Assembly: GCA_965248695.1 (NCBI GenBank) | Contig: CBDFKD010000002.1 | Coordinates: 896,001-960,000 of the forward strand | DNA length: 64,000 nucleotides | Direction of reading: 5' to 3' | Origin: Acidobacteriota bacterium | Lineage (GTDB): Bacteria; Acidobacteriota; UBA890; WLXD01 | Shown here: positions 39,285 to 48,840 of the stretch, one piece after another | How positions within the stretch are numbered: position 1 is the stretch's first letter | How the letters are laid out: each line of letters opens with the position of its first letter | The notes under the pieces: generated by a model | What the model was told of the DNA's origin: nothing | Databases searched by the model: none | What the model saw: the letters and a program-made list of their open reading frames with translations, nothing else | Position numbers and translations under genes: made by a program

Positions 39285-42200
39285 TCATTCGGTCGCGCTC
39301 ACAACGAGCGTTGCCGTACCCCGCCCGCTTACGAGCTCGTCAAGGGATCGGTCGAACTGTAGGGTCCCGACTCCCTGCACAGTGAAGTCGAACCATGGCA
39401 TTGCGGTTCCCCCGTCTGGCAGGAACGACAATCCGTGCCCGCCGGGCATCAGAACGAACGGCACCGGATCGGTCGCTCGTGTGAACTCGACCTGATCAGG
39501 GCTGCCGTCGAAGCGTTGCCAGAGCCCGCCCAGCTCGAACCTCTCGTAGCTCGACTCGCTAACATCGATCCCGATCGGTATGCCGCGCAACACCATCGCT
39601 CTTGTCCCGCGTCCATCAACCAACGAGTCAAGGGGAGGGTCGAACCGGATCCTGCCGTCAGGCTGTACCGTGAAATCGAACCCCGGAGCTTCGCGACGGC
39701 TGTTTGGTAGCAGCGACAGTTGGTGCCCGCCGGGCATCAGAACGACCGGCACCGCATCGGTCGCGTCGACAATCTCGACCTCGTCAAGGCTGCTGCCGAG
39801 GCGCTGACCGAGCCCGCCCAGCTCGAACCTGTTGTAGCTCAACTCACTGACATCGATTTCGATCGGAATACCGCGCAATACCATCGCCCCTGTACCGCGA
39901 CCGCCCACCCACGGGTCAAGGGAGGGGTCGAATTGGATTCGACCGTCAGGCTGTACGGTGAAATCGAACCCGGGTGCTGCGCTGTGGGCGTCAGGTAGCA
40001 GCGATAAGCCGTGCCCACCGGGCATCACAACGAACGGCCCAGGATCGGTAGCTCCGATGGTCTCGGCATCACTCAATCTACTGTTGAGGCGTTGGCTGAA
40101 CCCAGTTAGCTCGAACCTGGTGTAGCTCAACTCACCGACATCGATTTCGATCGGAATACCGTGCAATACCATCGCCCCTGTGCCGCGACCGCCCACCAAC
40201 GCGTCAAGGGACGGGTCGAACTGGATCTTCCCGTCAGGCTGCACGACGAAATCGAACCTGGGCGCTGCGCTGCGGGCGCCCGGTAGCCATAGCGTGTGAG
40301 CGCCGGGCATCAGAACGAACGGCACAGGGTCGGTAGCCCCGTTGATTTCATCGGCCCCGTCCAGCTCGAACCTGTCGTAGCCCAACGCGCCGACATCGAT
40401 CTCGACCCGAGTACCGTGCAGCACCATCGCCGTTGTGCCGCGGCCCCCCACCAACGGGTCAAGCGAGGGATCGAACTGGATCTTTCCGTCAACCCGTACG
40501 GTGAAGCTGATCCACGGAGCGGGGCTGCGGCCGTTTAGCAGCTCGAGCCTGTGCTCTCCCAGCGGCAATGCTAACGGCACCGGGCCGCCAGAGCGGTCGA
40601 AACTCCCTACGGTGCGGAGCGCGAACCGACGGTAGCTGAGGTCGCCGACGTCGATACTGATCGGGAATCCGGCGATGGGATTATCGAGCCGAAGCCCACT
40701 TGCGATGGTGCTATCGACCAGTCTCATTGCGGCATCTGTGGGTATCGACCCCGAATCCATGAGGGACAGGACCCTCTCGGCAAACGCGCGCAGGCTCTCG
40801 ACCGCCCGCTCGTCCTCCCGGCGCTCGAGCAATCTCCCCGTCCTCCTCAGGATACGGAGCAACTCTCGTCCCTCTGCCGCCGAGAAATGCCCCTCCTCGA
40901 CCAAGCTGTGGACATCCGGTTCGAGGAGCGCTATGCGATCACGGGGCTCGGGGGGTACGACTCGAAAGCTCTCGACCCCGGCCCGCGTGAGGTCGGCGTC
41001 GATTGCCCGGGCCTGCGCGAGAGCTTGCTGCCACCTGGGCTCCTCGGGAGAGTCTGTGCATACCCTGACTTCGGACCGCAACAACTTCAGGTACCGATAG
41101 TACCGGGGACAGTCCGACGCCAGCGTAGTGGTGTATTCCACTCCGTATTCGCGAAACCGGAAAACAGCCGACCGGAAGTTGGAGAAGTAGACGGGCACCG
41201 GCTGGGGGAGCCCCTGGAGCGCCACCATTGTCCGATGCGCAGCCGATTGAAGAGCGATCTGGCCGCGCCCGTGTTCGTACAGGACCATCCCGACATTGGT
41301 GCCCATGATCACGAGCAGAATCTGCGCGAGTCGCCGCGTTGCTCGTCGGTTCGTCGACCGACATCCGTAGCCGGCAATCAGAACCGGAACAAGCCAGACC
41401 TGTGGCACAAACCGGGCCCACCATGGCTTCGGGAACAGGAGCACGCTGGCCAGGATCACGACCAGCCAGAAACCGAGCTCGGACCGTGACTCGGAGCTCT
41501 GGAACCACATTAGGAGAAGGATCGAGCAGCCCACGAGAAACGCACCGCTCATCCAGGGTCCGAATCCCCCGACGCGGTGATCGGGGTTGAGGTGACGGTA
41601 GCTCGACAATTCGTCGCTGCGAACCTCGAAAGGGATCTTGATCCGGTAGCCGGTAGGCGTCGTGTCACTCTCGTGGGTCGCGGGCATCACCGCAGACTCG
41701 GAGAATATGGAGCCCACCGCCTGAGCGACCTTCCCGGAGGGCTGCACCAATAGCCCCGCGTCGTCCGAGTTCACGACGGTAGCGACCCTCATGAAACTCG
41801 GGACTCCGCCGGCGAGTCCTCCGGCCAGCAGAAGAGAAACGACGATGGCCGCACCCAGTCCAAGGGCGACTGCCCTAGGTCCGGTGAGGCTGCGAAAACG
41901 CTCGCGCGCGTCGCGCCGGCGGAGCAACCAGTAGATAGCACCACCCAGTGCCGTGAAGGCTACGGCCACGACGACCAAGAGAAGATTGGCCGACAAGTCC
42001 AAGTCCCGGAAGCGAAGAATCCTGCCGTGACGGACGAACCCGAGGACATAGGCATGGAAGCCGATCACGCCGATGCCCAGAGCGAGTCCGCTGCATAGGG
42101 ACGCGACACCCCGGCGGGGAGAGAACCCGCGCCACAGCAGAAAGGCCAACGCGCCAGACCCGATGATCACGGCGAAGGCGAGGCCTGTGACCTTGACATT

Positions 42201-42983
42201 GACGAGCAAGGCGACCGCCGCAACCCAGGCGGTCGTGGTCCACATCGCCGGCCGCCGCGCGAGGATCATGGTGAGGAACACGAGGCAGGCGATCAGCGCC
42301 CCGACCTGACCGTCGACGTAGGTGGTGAGTGACTGCACTACGGAGACGGGATTGAGTGCCGCGATGAGCGCTACCGCTGTTGCGAGACCCCGGTGGGGGT
42401 TTGCTCCGAGGGTCGCTGCGAGCGCCAGCAACCCGACCGCGCTCATCAAGATCAAGTTGAATCCCTTGCCGTATTCGATGTCGCCGAGTAGCGCGACGAC
42501 ACTGGCGGCGGCCACGTACGGGCCCAGCCCCGAATCGACGAAGCGGGTCGGGGCTCCCGCCAGAATGTAGTCGTCGGGCTGATCGCTGAACTCCACGTCG
42601 TAGACAGGGTTCCAGCCGTTGGCGAGATGGGAGATCCTCAGCATGTGAGCCGTCTGACCATCGGCCGACAGATCAAGCGTCGACCCTGCCAGGCCGAAGG
42701 ATGCGAAAACCACGAGCAGGCTCACAGCGAAACTAGCGGCGCCGACCCTCCGATCCGGTTCGCCTGCCGTCCCGCCCCGGTATAGCCACATGGCCAGCAG
42801 GATGGCGGCGAAGGGCAAGAGGTGGAAACGGTTGATCGTTCCACCTGCGATGAACGTGACGGCGGCGCCCAGCTCCATCGCACCGAACGCGATCAAGAGT
42901 CCGCTTCCGCTCCGCTCAGCGGCACGTTCGAGGAACGTCGTCCCCGAGGAAGGTTCACGCGATGTCATCGTACGTGGGTTCAT
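39285..42983 (-). CDS. Polytopic GT-C-like membrane protein with a helical domain and five C-terminal tandem repeats
   Basis: About 12-13 TM segments, DGQTAH, YVDGQ, NVKVTG, DHRVGGFGP and WWARFVPQ; repeats IDV..LSY.RF...FTVQPDG.IQFDPSLD..VGGRGT. Confidence 0.75.
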   Translation of the reverse strand: MNPRTMTSREPSSGTTFLERAAERSGSGLLIAFGAMELGAAVTFIAGGTINRFHLLPFAAILLAMWLYRGGTAGEPDRRVGAASFAVSLLVVFASFGLAGSTLDLSADGQTAHMLRISHLANGWNPVYDVEFSDQPDDYILAGAPTRFVDSGLGPYVAAASVVALLGDIEYGKGFNLILMSAVGLLALAATLGANPHRGLATAVALIAALNPVSVVQSLTTYVDGQVGALIACLVFLTMILARRPAMWTTTAWVAAVALLVNVKVTGLAFAVIIGSGALAFLLWRGFSPRRGVASLCSGLALGIGVIGFHAYVLGFVRHGRILRFRDLDLSANLLLVVVAVAFTALGGAIYWLLRRRDARERFRSLTGPRAVALGLGAAIVVSLLLAGGLAGGVPSFMRVATVVNSDDAGLLVQPSGKVAQAVGSIFSESAVMPATHESDTTPTGYRIKIPFEVRSDELSSYRHLNPDHRVGGFGPWMSGAFLVGCSILLLMWFQSSESRSELGFWLVVILASVLLFPKPWWARFVPQVWLVPVLIAGYGCRSTNRRATRRLAQILLVIMGTNVGMVLYEHGRGQIALQSAAHRTMVALQGLPQPVPVYFSNFRSAVFRFREYGVEYTTTLASDCPRYYRYLKLLRSEVRVCTDSPEEPRWQQALAQARAIDADLTRAGVESFRVVPPEPRDRIALLEPDVHSLVEEGHFSAAEGRELLRILRRTGRLLERREDERAVESLRAFAERVLSLMDSGSIPTDAAMRLVDSTIASGLRLDNPIAGFPISIDVGDLSYRRFALRTVGSFDRSGGPVPLALPLGEHRLELLNGRSPAPWISFTVRVDGKIQFDPSLDPLVGGRGTTAMVLHGTRVEIDVGALGYDRFELDGADEINGATDPVPFVLMPGAHTLWLPGARSAAPRFDFVVQPDGKIQFDPSLDALVGGRGTGAMVLHGIPIEIDVGELSYTRFELTGFSQRLNSRLSDAETIGATDPGPFVVMPGGHGLSLLPDAHSAAPGFDFTVQPDGRIQFDPSLDPWVGGRGTGAMVLRGIPIEIDVSELSYNRFELGGLGQRLGSSLDEVEIVDATDAVPVVLMPGGHQLSLLPNSRREAPGFDFTVQPDGRIRFDPPLDSLVDGRGTRAMVLRGIPIGIDVSESSYERFELGGLWQRFDGSPDQVEFTRATDPVPFVLMPGGHGLSFLPDGGTAMPWFDFTVQGVGTLQFDRSLDELVSGRGTATLVVSATE
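39297..40670 (-). repeat. Five intragenic tandem repeats of 255-288 bp
   Basis: Anchor accatcgc at 39592, 39880, 40168 and 40423 (spacings 288, 288, 255). Confidence 0.9.
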
Positions 42984-43147
42984 CCCGGGTGCTCATGCTC
43001 GGTTTCGTCGTACCAAGGCCGACTATAACCGCCCGTGCGAGCGGCGCGTGAGCCTGTGGTACCCCGATGCTACGATGACGCCGCTATGATGCCTGGCGCA
43101 GTGCTCATGCTGACGCCCCCCGCCGCCGGGCTCGTCCTGGGGACTTG

Positions 43148-44023
43148 ATGCGACGGATCTTGTTGCACGTCGGGTATCCAAAGACTGCGTCGACAACCCT
43201 GCAAGTTGGCTTGTTCGCCCGTCATTCCCAAGTCGCTTACCTGGGCAAGCCGTTCTTCGACCGAAGGACCGACCAGGCTCCCATGATCCTGGGACTCGAG
43301 CAGTCCCGCCTGCGTCAGGGAGACGCTGGGTTTGACGCAGATTGCGAGGCCACAGTCGCCTGGCTCACGACCCTGATCCGTCTGAGGGGAAACTCCACGA
43401 CGGTCCTCTCCCACGAGGGGTTTCTCCGTTGCACCCGCTACGGCGAGCCAAAGGACGGCGTGGAGAGCATTGGCCACGACGTGTTCCGGACCGCCGAGCG
43501 CCTCCAGCAGGTCTTCGGGCCGGCGGCCGCCGCGCTCGAGGCAGAGCTCCACGTGTTGATCGTCGTTCGGAGTCAGCTCACGATGCTGCCCTCCTACCAC
43601 GATTTCTTTCACGACGGTGAGGACTGGCCCAAGTTCTTCCACGAGTGTGTTTCGTCGGAGCTTCGGGGGTTCGCGCGAACGCTGCTCTACGATGAAGTCG
43701 TCGCCAGGTACCAAGCCCTGTTCGGAGTCTCGCGCACCCACGTCCTCCCCTTCGAGCTGCTGGGGGAAGACTCATCGGCTTTCTTGGCGCAGGTCGCACA
43801 GCTCGCTGGAATCGACCCGGAGGAAGCTGTAAGGCTGGCCTCCGGGTCACAGGCGAAGCGGAGCTCAGGCGCACGGCGGCACCACTTGCAGGCCGCAGAG
43901 CAGGCTCGCATTCGGGCGTTGTATGCGGAGAGTAACGTCCGCCTCGCTCAGCGATGTCACCTCGACTTGGCGGCCTATCGCTACCCGATGGGTCCGGACT
44001 CCTTCCCGCCGGCGGCTTGCTGA
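43148..44023 (+). CDS. Sulfotransferase-like protein
   Basis: 5'-PSB-like LHVGYPKTASTTLQ, LSHEGF, IVVRSQ...SY and VLPFELL. Confidence 0.75.
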   Translation: MRRILLHVGYPKTASTTLQVGLFARHSQVAYLGKPFFDRRTDQAPMILGLEQSRLRQGDAGFDADCEATVAWLTTLIRLRGNSTTVLSHEGFLRCTRYGEPKDGVESIGHDVFRTAERLQQVFGPAAAALEAELHVLIVVRSQLTMLPSYHDFFHDGEDWPKFFHECVSSELRGFARTLLYDEVVARYQALFGVSRTHVLPFELLGEDSSAFLAQVAQLAGIDPEEAVRLASGSQAKRSSGARRHHLQAAEQARIRALYAESNVRLAQRCHLDLAAYRYPMGPDSFPPAAC

Positions 44024-45660
44024 TGCCCGACAAGGTCAAGCGCGACCCGTTCCTCGCCCCCTGGTCTCGACTCCTGGAGCGTGATCAGACGCTGTGGAGA
44101 ACGGCGTTGCAAGGAGCCTCGAGCGGCCCCCGAGTGCTGGTCGCCAACAGCATCCCCTCGTTCTACAACAGCACCAACCTCGAGAGCCTATTGGCTGTCG
44201 CGCTCACGCTGCGCGGTGCTCAGGTCCATGTTCTGCTATGCGACAAGGAACTGCCGGCCTGCATGAACATGAAGTTCCGCAAGGTCACGCCCGACGCGAT
44301 CGCGGAGGGAACATTTTCGCAACCTCTGTGTGACGTTTGTGTACAGCGCGGCAGCGCATTCTCCGAGCTGCAGCTGCCGATGCACTCCTATAGCGAGTTC
44401 TTGACCGAGCCCGATCGCGAGGAGATCCGCGACATTGCTCGATCCGTATCTGCGGACCAGGTTCCGGACTATCGATACGAAGGGCTTTCGGTGGGAGAGC
44501 ACGCCTACGCCGGTTGCCTCCGCTACTACAGCACCGGAACTCTGGACGGACAGGATCGATCGGAGGAGGTGCTCGGGCGCTACTTCGAGGCGGCGCTGGC
44601 GACCACCAAGGTCATGTTGCGCCTGACCTCACGCCACGACTTCACCGCGTCCTGCTTCCACCACGGAATCTACGTGCCGCAGGCGCTGGTCGGAGAGGTT
44701 TGCCGGGCGCGTGGTGTTCGAGTGAGCACCTGGAACACGGCCTATCGAGAGCGCTGTTTCGTGTTCTCGCACGGCGACACCTATCACCACACTCTGCTCG
44801 ATGAGCCGGTGTCCGCCTGGAAGAACATGCAGTTCACGGAGCGTCACGACGAGCAGATCAGCGAGTATCTGAAGTCGCGCTGGCTCGGATCACAGGACTG
44901 GATCTATTTCCACGACGCGCCCGACGATTCCCTCGAACGGTTGGTTCAAGAAACGGGGATCGACATCCAGAAGCCGATCATCGGGCTGCTCACCAACGTC
45001 ATGTGGGACGCGCAGCTGCACTATCGCCAGAACGCGTTTCCCGACATGCTCTCCTGGATCCTGGCAACCATCGAGTACTTTCGCCAGCGCCCGGATCTGC
45101 AGCTTCTCATTCGCGTTCATCCGGCGGAGCTCCGGGGCATCCAACCCTCGCGGCAATTCGTCGAGGACGAGATTCGCAACGCTTGTGCCGAGCTGCCTCC
45201 CAACGTGTTCGTGATCCCTCCGGACAGCAATATCAATACCTACGCAGCCACGCTTCGCTGCAACTGCGTACTGATCTACGGGACCAAGACCGGCGTCGAG
45301 TTGACGAGCATGGGGATACCGGTGATCGTCGCCGGCGAGGCTTGGATTCGGAACAAGGGGCTGACCACCGATGTCACCTCGCAGGAGGAGTACCGCCAGG
45401 TTCTCGAGCGGCTGCCGCTGGCCGAATCACGGCTGACAGAGGAGCAGTCGCGAGAAGCACGAAAGTACGCGTATCACTTCTTCATGCGCCGCATGCTTCC
45501 GATCACCAGCATCACGCCGACGCCCGAGAAGGCGATTCCCTTCGAGGTTTCGATCGAATCGCTGAGCGAGCTTCTTCCCGGTGTGGATGAGGGGCTCGAC
45601 GTGATTTGCGACGGGATCATCAACGGCACGCCGTTCATCTATCGTGCCGAGGAGAAGTAG
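44023..45660 (+). CDS. Capsule polysaccharide biosynthesis protein (KpsS/LipB-like GT-B)
   Basis: HHGIYVPQ, TNVMWDAQLHY, LIRVHPAE and YGTKTGVELTSMGIPVIVAGEAW. Confidence 0.8.
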   Translation: MPDKVKRDPFLAPWSRLLERDQTLWRTALQGASSGPRVLVANSIPSFYNSTNLESLLAVALTLRGAQVHVLLCDKELPACMNMKFRKVTPDAIAEGTFSQPLCDVCVQRGSAFSELQLPMHSYSEFLTEPDREEIRDIARSVSADQVPDYRYEGLSVGEHAYAGCLRYYSTGTLDGQDRSEEVLGRYFEAALATTKVMLRLTSRHDFTASCFHHGIYVPQALVGEVCRARGVRVSTWNTAYRERCFVFSHGDTYHHTLLDEPVSAWKNMQFTERHDEQISEYLKSRWLGSQDWIYFHDAPDDSLERLVQETGIDIQKPIIGLLTNVMWDAQLHYRQNAFPDMLSWILATIEYFRQRPDLQLLIRVHPAELRGIQPSRQFVEDEIRNACAELPPNVFVIPPDSNINTYAATLRCNCVLIYGTKTGVELTSMGIPVIVAGEAWIRNKGLTTDVTSQEEYRQVLERLPLAESRLTEEQSREARKYAYHFFMRRMLPITSITPTPEKAIPFEVSIESLSELLPGVDEGLDVICDGIINGTPFIYRAEEK

Positions 45661-45720
45661 CCGGCCGTCAGGACCGAAGCCGATTCGTCGGCGGCCTGAA
45701 GTGCTCGACGGGAGCATGCC

Positions 45721-47553
45721 TTGGACTGCCTGAACTACGAGAAGACGGGCTCGCTAGCGCTGGGGATCGGCGTGCACCACGACGCGGCGGTGGCACTCTG
45801 CGACCCGCAGGGAATCATCTGCGCCATACAAGAAGAGCGCGTCTCGAGGATCAAGCACCACTACGGGTTCCCGTACAGGGCGCTGGCAACGATGTTCGAG
45901 TACACCGGCGTCTCACCCGAGGAGGTGGACTTGGTGGCGTTCGGCCGGCGGACACCCCTGTACCCACGACACGATGCCAACATCGTGGTCGATCTCGACG
46001 GGGTTGCCGTCGGCGCGGAACCACCTGCGGAGCAGGGAGACTCTCAATACGTGCCCGCGGGGCTCTCGCGCGACGAGCTCCTCGCGTGGCTTCGCCCAAC
46101 CTGGGGTGAGTTCGCTGACCGCCACTGGGCTTTCGCCGAGGAGTATCTGCGCGACCTCGGTCTCCTCGACGCCGGCCTGAAGCACTACTACATCGCCCAC
46201 CATCTCGCCCATGCAGCCTCCGCGTTCCGGCTCTCGGGGCTCGAGGACGCCTGCGTTATCACGGTCGATGGCAAAGGCGACGGCTCGAGCGCAACCGTCT
46301 ACCGCGGCTCCGCGGATGGGAGGCTACGGCTTCTGCGACGCAGCACTGCCCGCAACAGCCTGGGTTCCTTCTATCAGGCGGCAACAGAGGCTCTCGGGTT
46401 CGTGCCTGTTGACGGTGAATACAAGACGATGGGACTCGCCGCCCTCGGTAACCCGGACGGCCATTCGAATCCATTCGAGGGTACCGTGCGAGTTGACAAC
46501 GGTAAGTTCAGATCGACGTTCAGCTGGAGCTTTCGCAGATTCAACGACGTCTATCCGGACCGAGCCGTTCCCAATCCGCTCGGGTCCGTCGCCCAGGCCG
46601 ACGAGCTTGCCGAGCAGCTCCAGTTCCACTCGCGAGAACGGTTTGCGTACTTCGTGCAGGAGCACTGCGAGCGCAATCTGCTCGAATACGTACGCACCGC
46701 GCTGCGCCTTGCGGACTGCAAGAACCTGATAGGTGCTGGCGGCGTGATGCTCAACGTCAAAGCAAACACCTTGATCGAGGAAAGCTTGACCCCTGATAGC
46801 TTCTTCGTTTTTCCAGACTCCGCCGATGCTGGTTTGGCTGCGGGTGCCGCCATGGAAGCGCTCTATCAGGAGGGACAGCATCGGCACACGGCCCGGTTCG
46901 GCAATCCCTATCTAGGGCATGGATTCACAGCGGAGGAGATCGAAACCTCGATTTCACGATGCCGACAGGAAAACGGCGTCACTGCCACTCGAGCAACCCC
47001 GGCCGACGTAGCGCGGCGATTGGCGGAGGGGATCGTGGTCGGCTCATTCCAGGGCCGCCTGGAGGTGGGTCCGCGCGCCCTCGGCAACCGCTCCGTGCTG
47101 GCCGATCCGCGCTCGGAGCGCGTGAAGGACAGGATCAACGGTCTGCTCAAGGGGCGCGAGCCCTTCGTCCCCTTCGCGCCGATTCTGCTCGAGTCGGAGG
47201 CTCCCAAGTACTGGAGCGGTACGGTCGAGCACAGATACATGACCTTCGCCGTGCAAGCCAGCGATTACGCGCGACAGGCTGTCCCGGCTGTCGTGCATGT
47301 CGACGGGACCATGCGGCCGCAGGTGGTGTCGGCCGAGTGGAACCCCTGGATAGCAGCCGTACTGCGAGAGTTCAAAGAGCTCACGGGCGAGGGTCTCCTC
47401 GTGAACACCTCGTTCAACCGCCACGGCCAGCCTATCGTTGGAAGCCCTCTTGACGCCCTCGACCATCTGACCAACGGCTGGGTCGAGGGACTCGCGATAG
47501 GCGACTGGTATGTGAGCCCAGACGGCGCCGCTCCGATCGAGGAGAGGGGTTGA
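45721..47553 (+). CDS. O-carbamoyltransferase (NodU/CmcH family)
   Basis: HDAAVAL, QEERVSRIKH, HHLAHAASA, DGKGD, EYKTMGLA, GGVMLN, GPRALGNRS, VHVDGTMRPQ and NTSFN. Confidence 0.95.
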   Translation: MDCLNYEKTGSLALGIGVHHDAAVALCDPQGIICAIQEERVSRIKHHYGFPYRALATMFEYTGVSPEEVDLVAFGRRTPLYPRHDANIVVDLDGVAVGAEPPAEQGDSQYVPAGLSRDELLAWLRPTWGEFADRHWAFAEEYLRDLGLLDAGLKHYYIAHHLAHAASAFRLSGLEDACVITVDGKGDGSSATVYRGSADGRLRLLRRSTARNSLGSFYQAATEALGFVPVDGEYKTMGLAALGNPDGHSNPFEGTVRVDNGKFRSTFSWSFRRFNDVYPDRAVPNPLGSVAQADELAEQLQFHSRERFAYFVQEHCERNLLEYVRTALRLADCKNLIGAGGVMLNVKANTLIEESLTPDSFFVFPDSADAGLAAGAAMEALYQEGQHRHTARFGNPYLGHGFTAEEIETSISRCRQENGVTATRATPADVARRLAEGIVVGSFQGRLEVGPRALGNRSVLADPRSERVKDRINGLLKGREPFVPFAPILLESEAPKYWSGTVEHRYMTFAVQASDYARQAVPAVVHVDGTMRPQVVSAEWNPWIAAVLREFKELTGEGLLVNTSFNRHGQPIVGSPLDALDHLTNGWVEGLAIGDWYVSPDGAAPIEERG

Positions 47554-48671
47554 GACCCGGATCGGAGTCTGTGGTAACCACTAGCTCGGTTCGCCTGCTG
47601 CACCTTGTGCCGATGTCCTTCGTATCCGAGAAGCACCGGTATCTCGGAAGCACGAAAGACATCGCGGCGCGGCTGCAGTACTTCCAGGATCGCGGCATCA
47701 CATCCGATCTTCTAGCGCACGACAAGACCCTGGAGGCGATGCTGGGCACGGTGGACTCGGTCGATCTGTCGGCCTACACGCACATTCTCATCGAGAAAGC
47801 CAACTATGGAGAGCTCTTCCGGAAGCTGCGGCGGGGCGCGCCGGGCGCCAAGATCATCTTTCGGGCTCACAATGCCGAGACCCTCCACCGGCTGGACTAC
47901 GTCCGCGTCTGTTTGGCGCCGCCGTTGAACCGCAGCGTGGCAGAGGTGATGGAACACGTCAGAAACGTCGCCGTGTACGGGGCAAGGGATCTTTCCGTTG
48001 CACGGCACGCGGATCATGTCGTGAGCATCAGCCAATGGGATACCGACCACTACTGGCGCTACCTGGCGTCGAAATCCACCGCAACAACGGTCCCCTTCTT
48101 TCTGCCCCATCAGTATGTGGACGAAGCGCGTCCGGACCTCCGAAAGGAGCGGGAGTGCATCGTGCTGGGCTCGTCGCAACCAGGTCCGCTCATCGAGCAC
48201 GGGGTCAATCGTTTTGTCCGTCTGCTGCGCCAGATGAACGTGGCGCGAGCCGAGAGCGCCGGATGGCGCTTCATCGTCAGCGGCAAGGGAACCCGGCGCA
48301 TGCCAAGGGCCGCTGAGTTGAAGGCTCTCGGGATCCGACGGCGGAACGTGGAGTCGCCATACGAGTTGTTCCTACCCGCCCGAGCCACACTCATCGCCTC
48401 CGACTTGGGACGCGGCTTCAAGACCAAGATCCTCGAGGCCATAGCCTGCCGGGCGTTCGTGATTTGCCCGCCCAGTCTGTATCGAAGGCTCCCGCAAGAG
48501 CTGCTCCCCTATTGCATTCGCTTCGATCCGCGCACGCCAGGGGCGCTGCTGGAGGCGCTCGGCCGAACCGAGATCGGCTTCCCGCCAGGTGCCCCGAACG
48601 ACCTACTCAGGCAGGCGGCTTACCGAGAGATGGATCGGGTTCTCGGTACCAGAACAGATTCTCAGCTCTGA
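47550..48671 (+). CDS. Putative GT-B glycosyltransferase
   Basis: RAHNAE, ADHVVSISQWD and GRGFKTKILEAIA (GT4-like motif); translationally coupled in the operon. Confidence 0.65.
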   Translation: MRPGSESVVTTSSVRLLHLVPMSFVSEKHRYLGSTKDIAARLQYFQDRGITSDLLAHDKTLEAMLGTVDSVDLSAYTHILIEKANYGELFRKLRRGAPGAKIIFRAHNAETLHRLDYVRVCLAPPLNRSVAEVMEHVRNVAVYGARDLSVARHADHVVSISQWDTDHYWRYLASKSTATTVPFFLPHQYVDEARPDLRKERECIVLGSSQPGPLIEHGVNRFVRLLRQMNVARAESAGWRFIVSGKGTRRMPRAAELKALGIRRRNVESPYELFLPARATLIASDLGRGFKTKILEAIACRAFVICPPSLYRRLPQELLPYCIRFDPRTPGALLEALGRTEIGFPPGAPNDLLRQAAYREMDRVLGTRTDSQL

Positions 48672-48840
48672 TGGCACGATAGCCAGCGAAGTCAGCCCGT
48701 CAAGGTCGCATACCTCGACACGCCTGGGTTGCGCAGATGTTGCTGCGCGGCAATCCTGTTGTCATGGGCGCACGCGACATTGTCAGTTCGGAAGAGACTG
48801 CTCTTCGCGGCAGGTCCCGACGAACGGAGGAACAGGAAAC

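Noticed and set aside
39297-40670. Regularly spaced repeats as a CRISPR array or a DGR template/variable repeat
   Set aside because: The units are 255-288 bp, in frame and coding. There are no unique spacers, cas genes or reverse transcriptase.
45721-47553. Carbamoyltransferase plus sulfotransferases as a Nod-factor or antibiotic cluster
   Set aside because: There are no nodABC, PKS or NRPS genes; the Wzm/Wzt and capsule-type GT context indicates a surface glycan.
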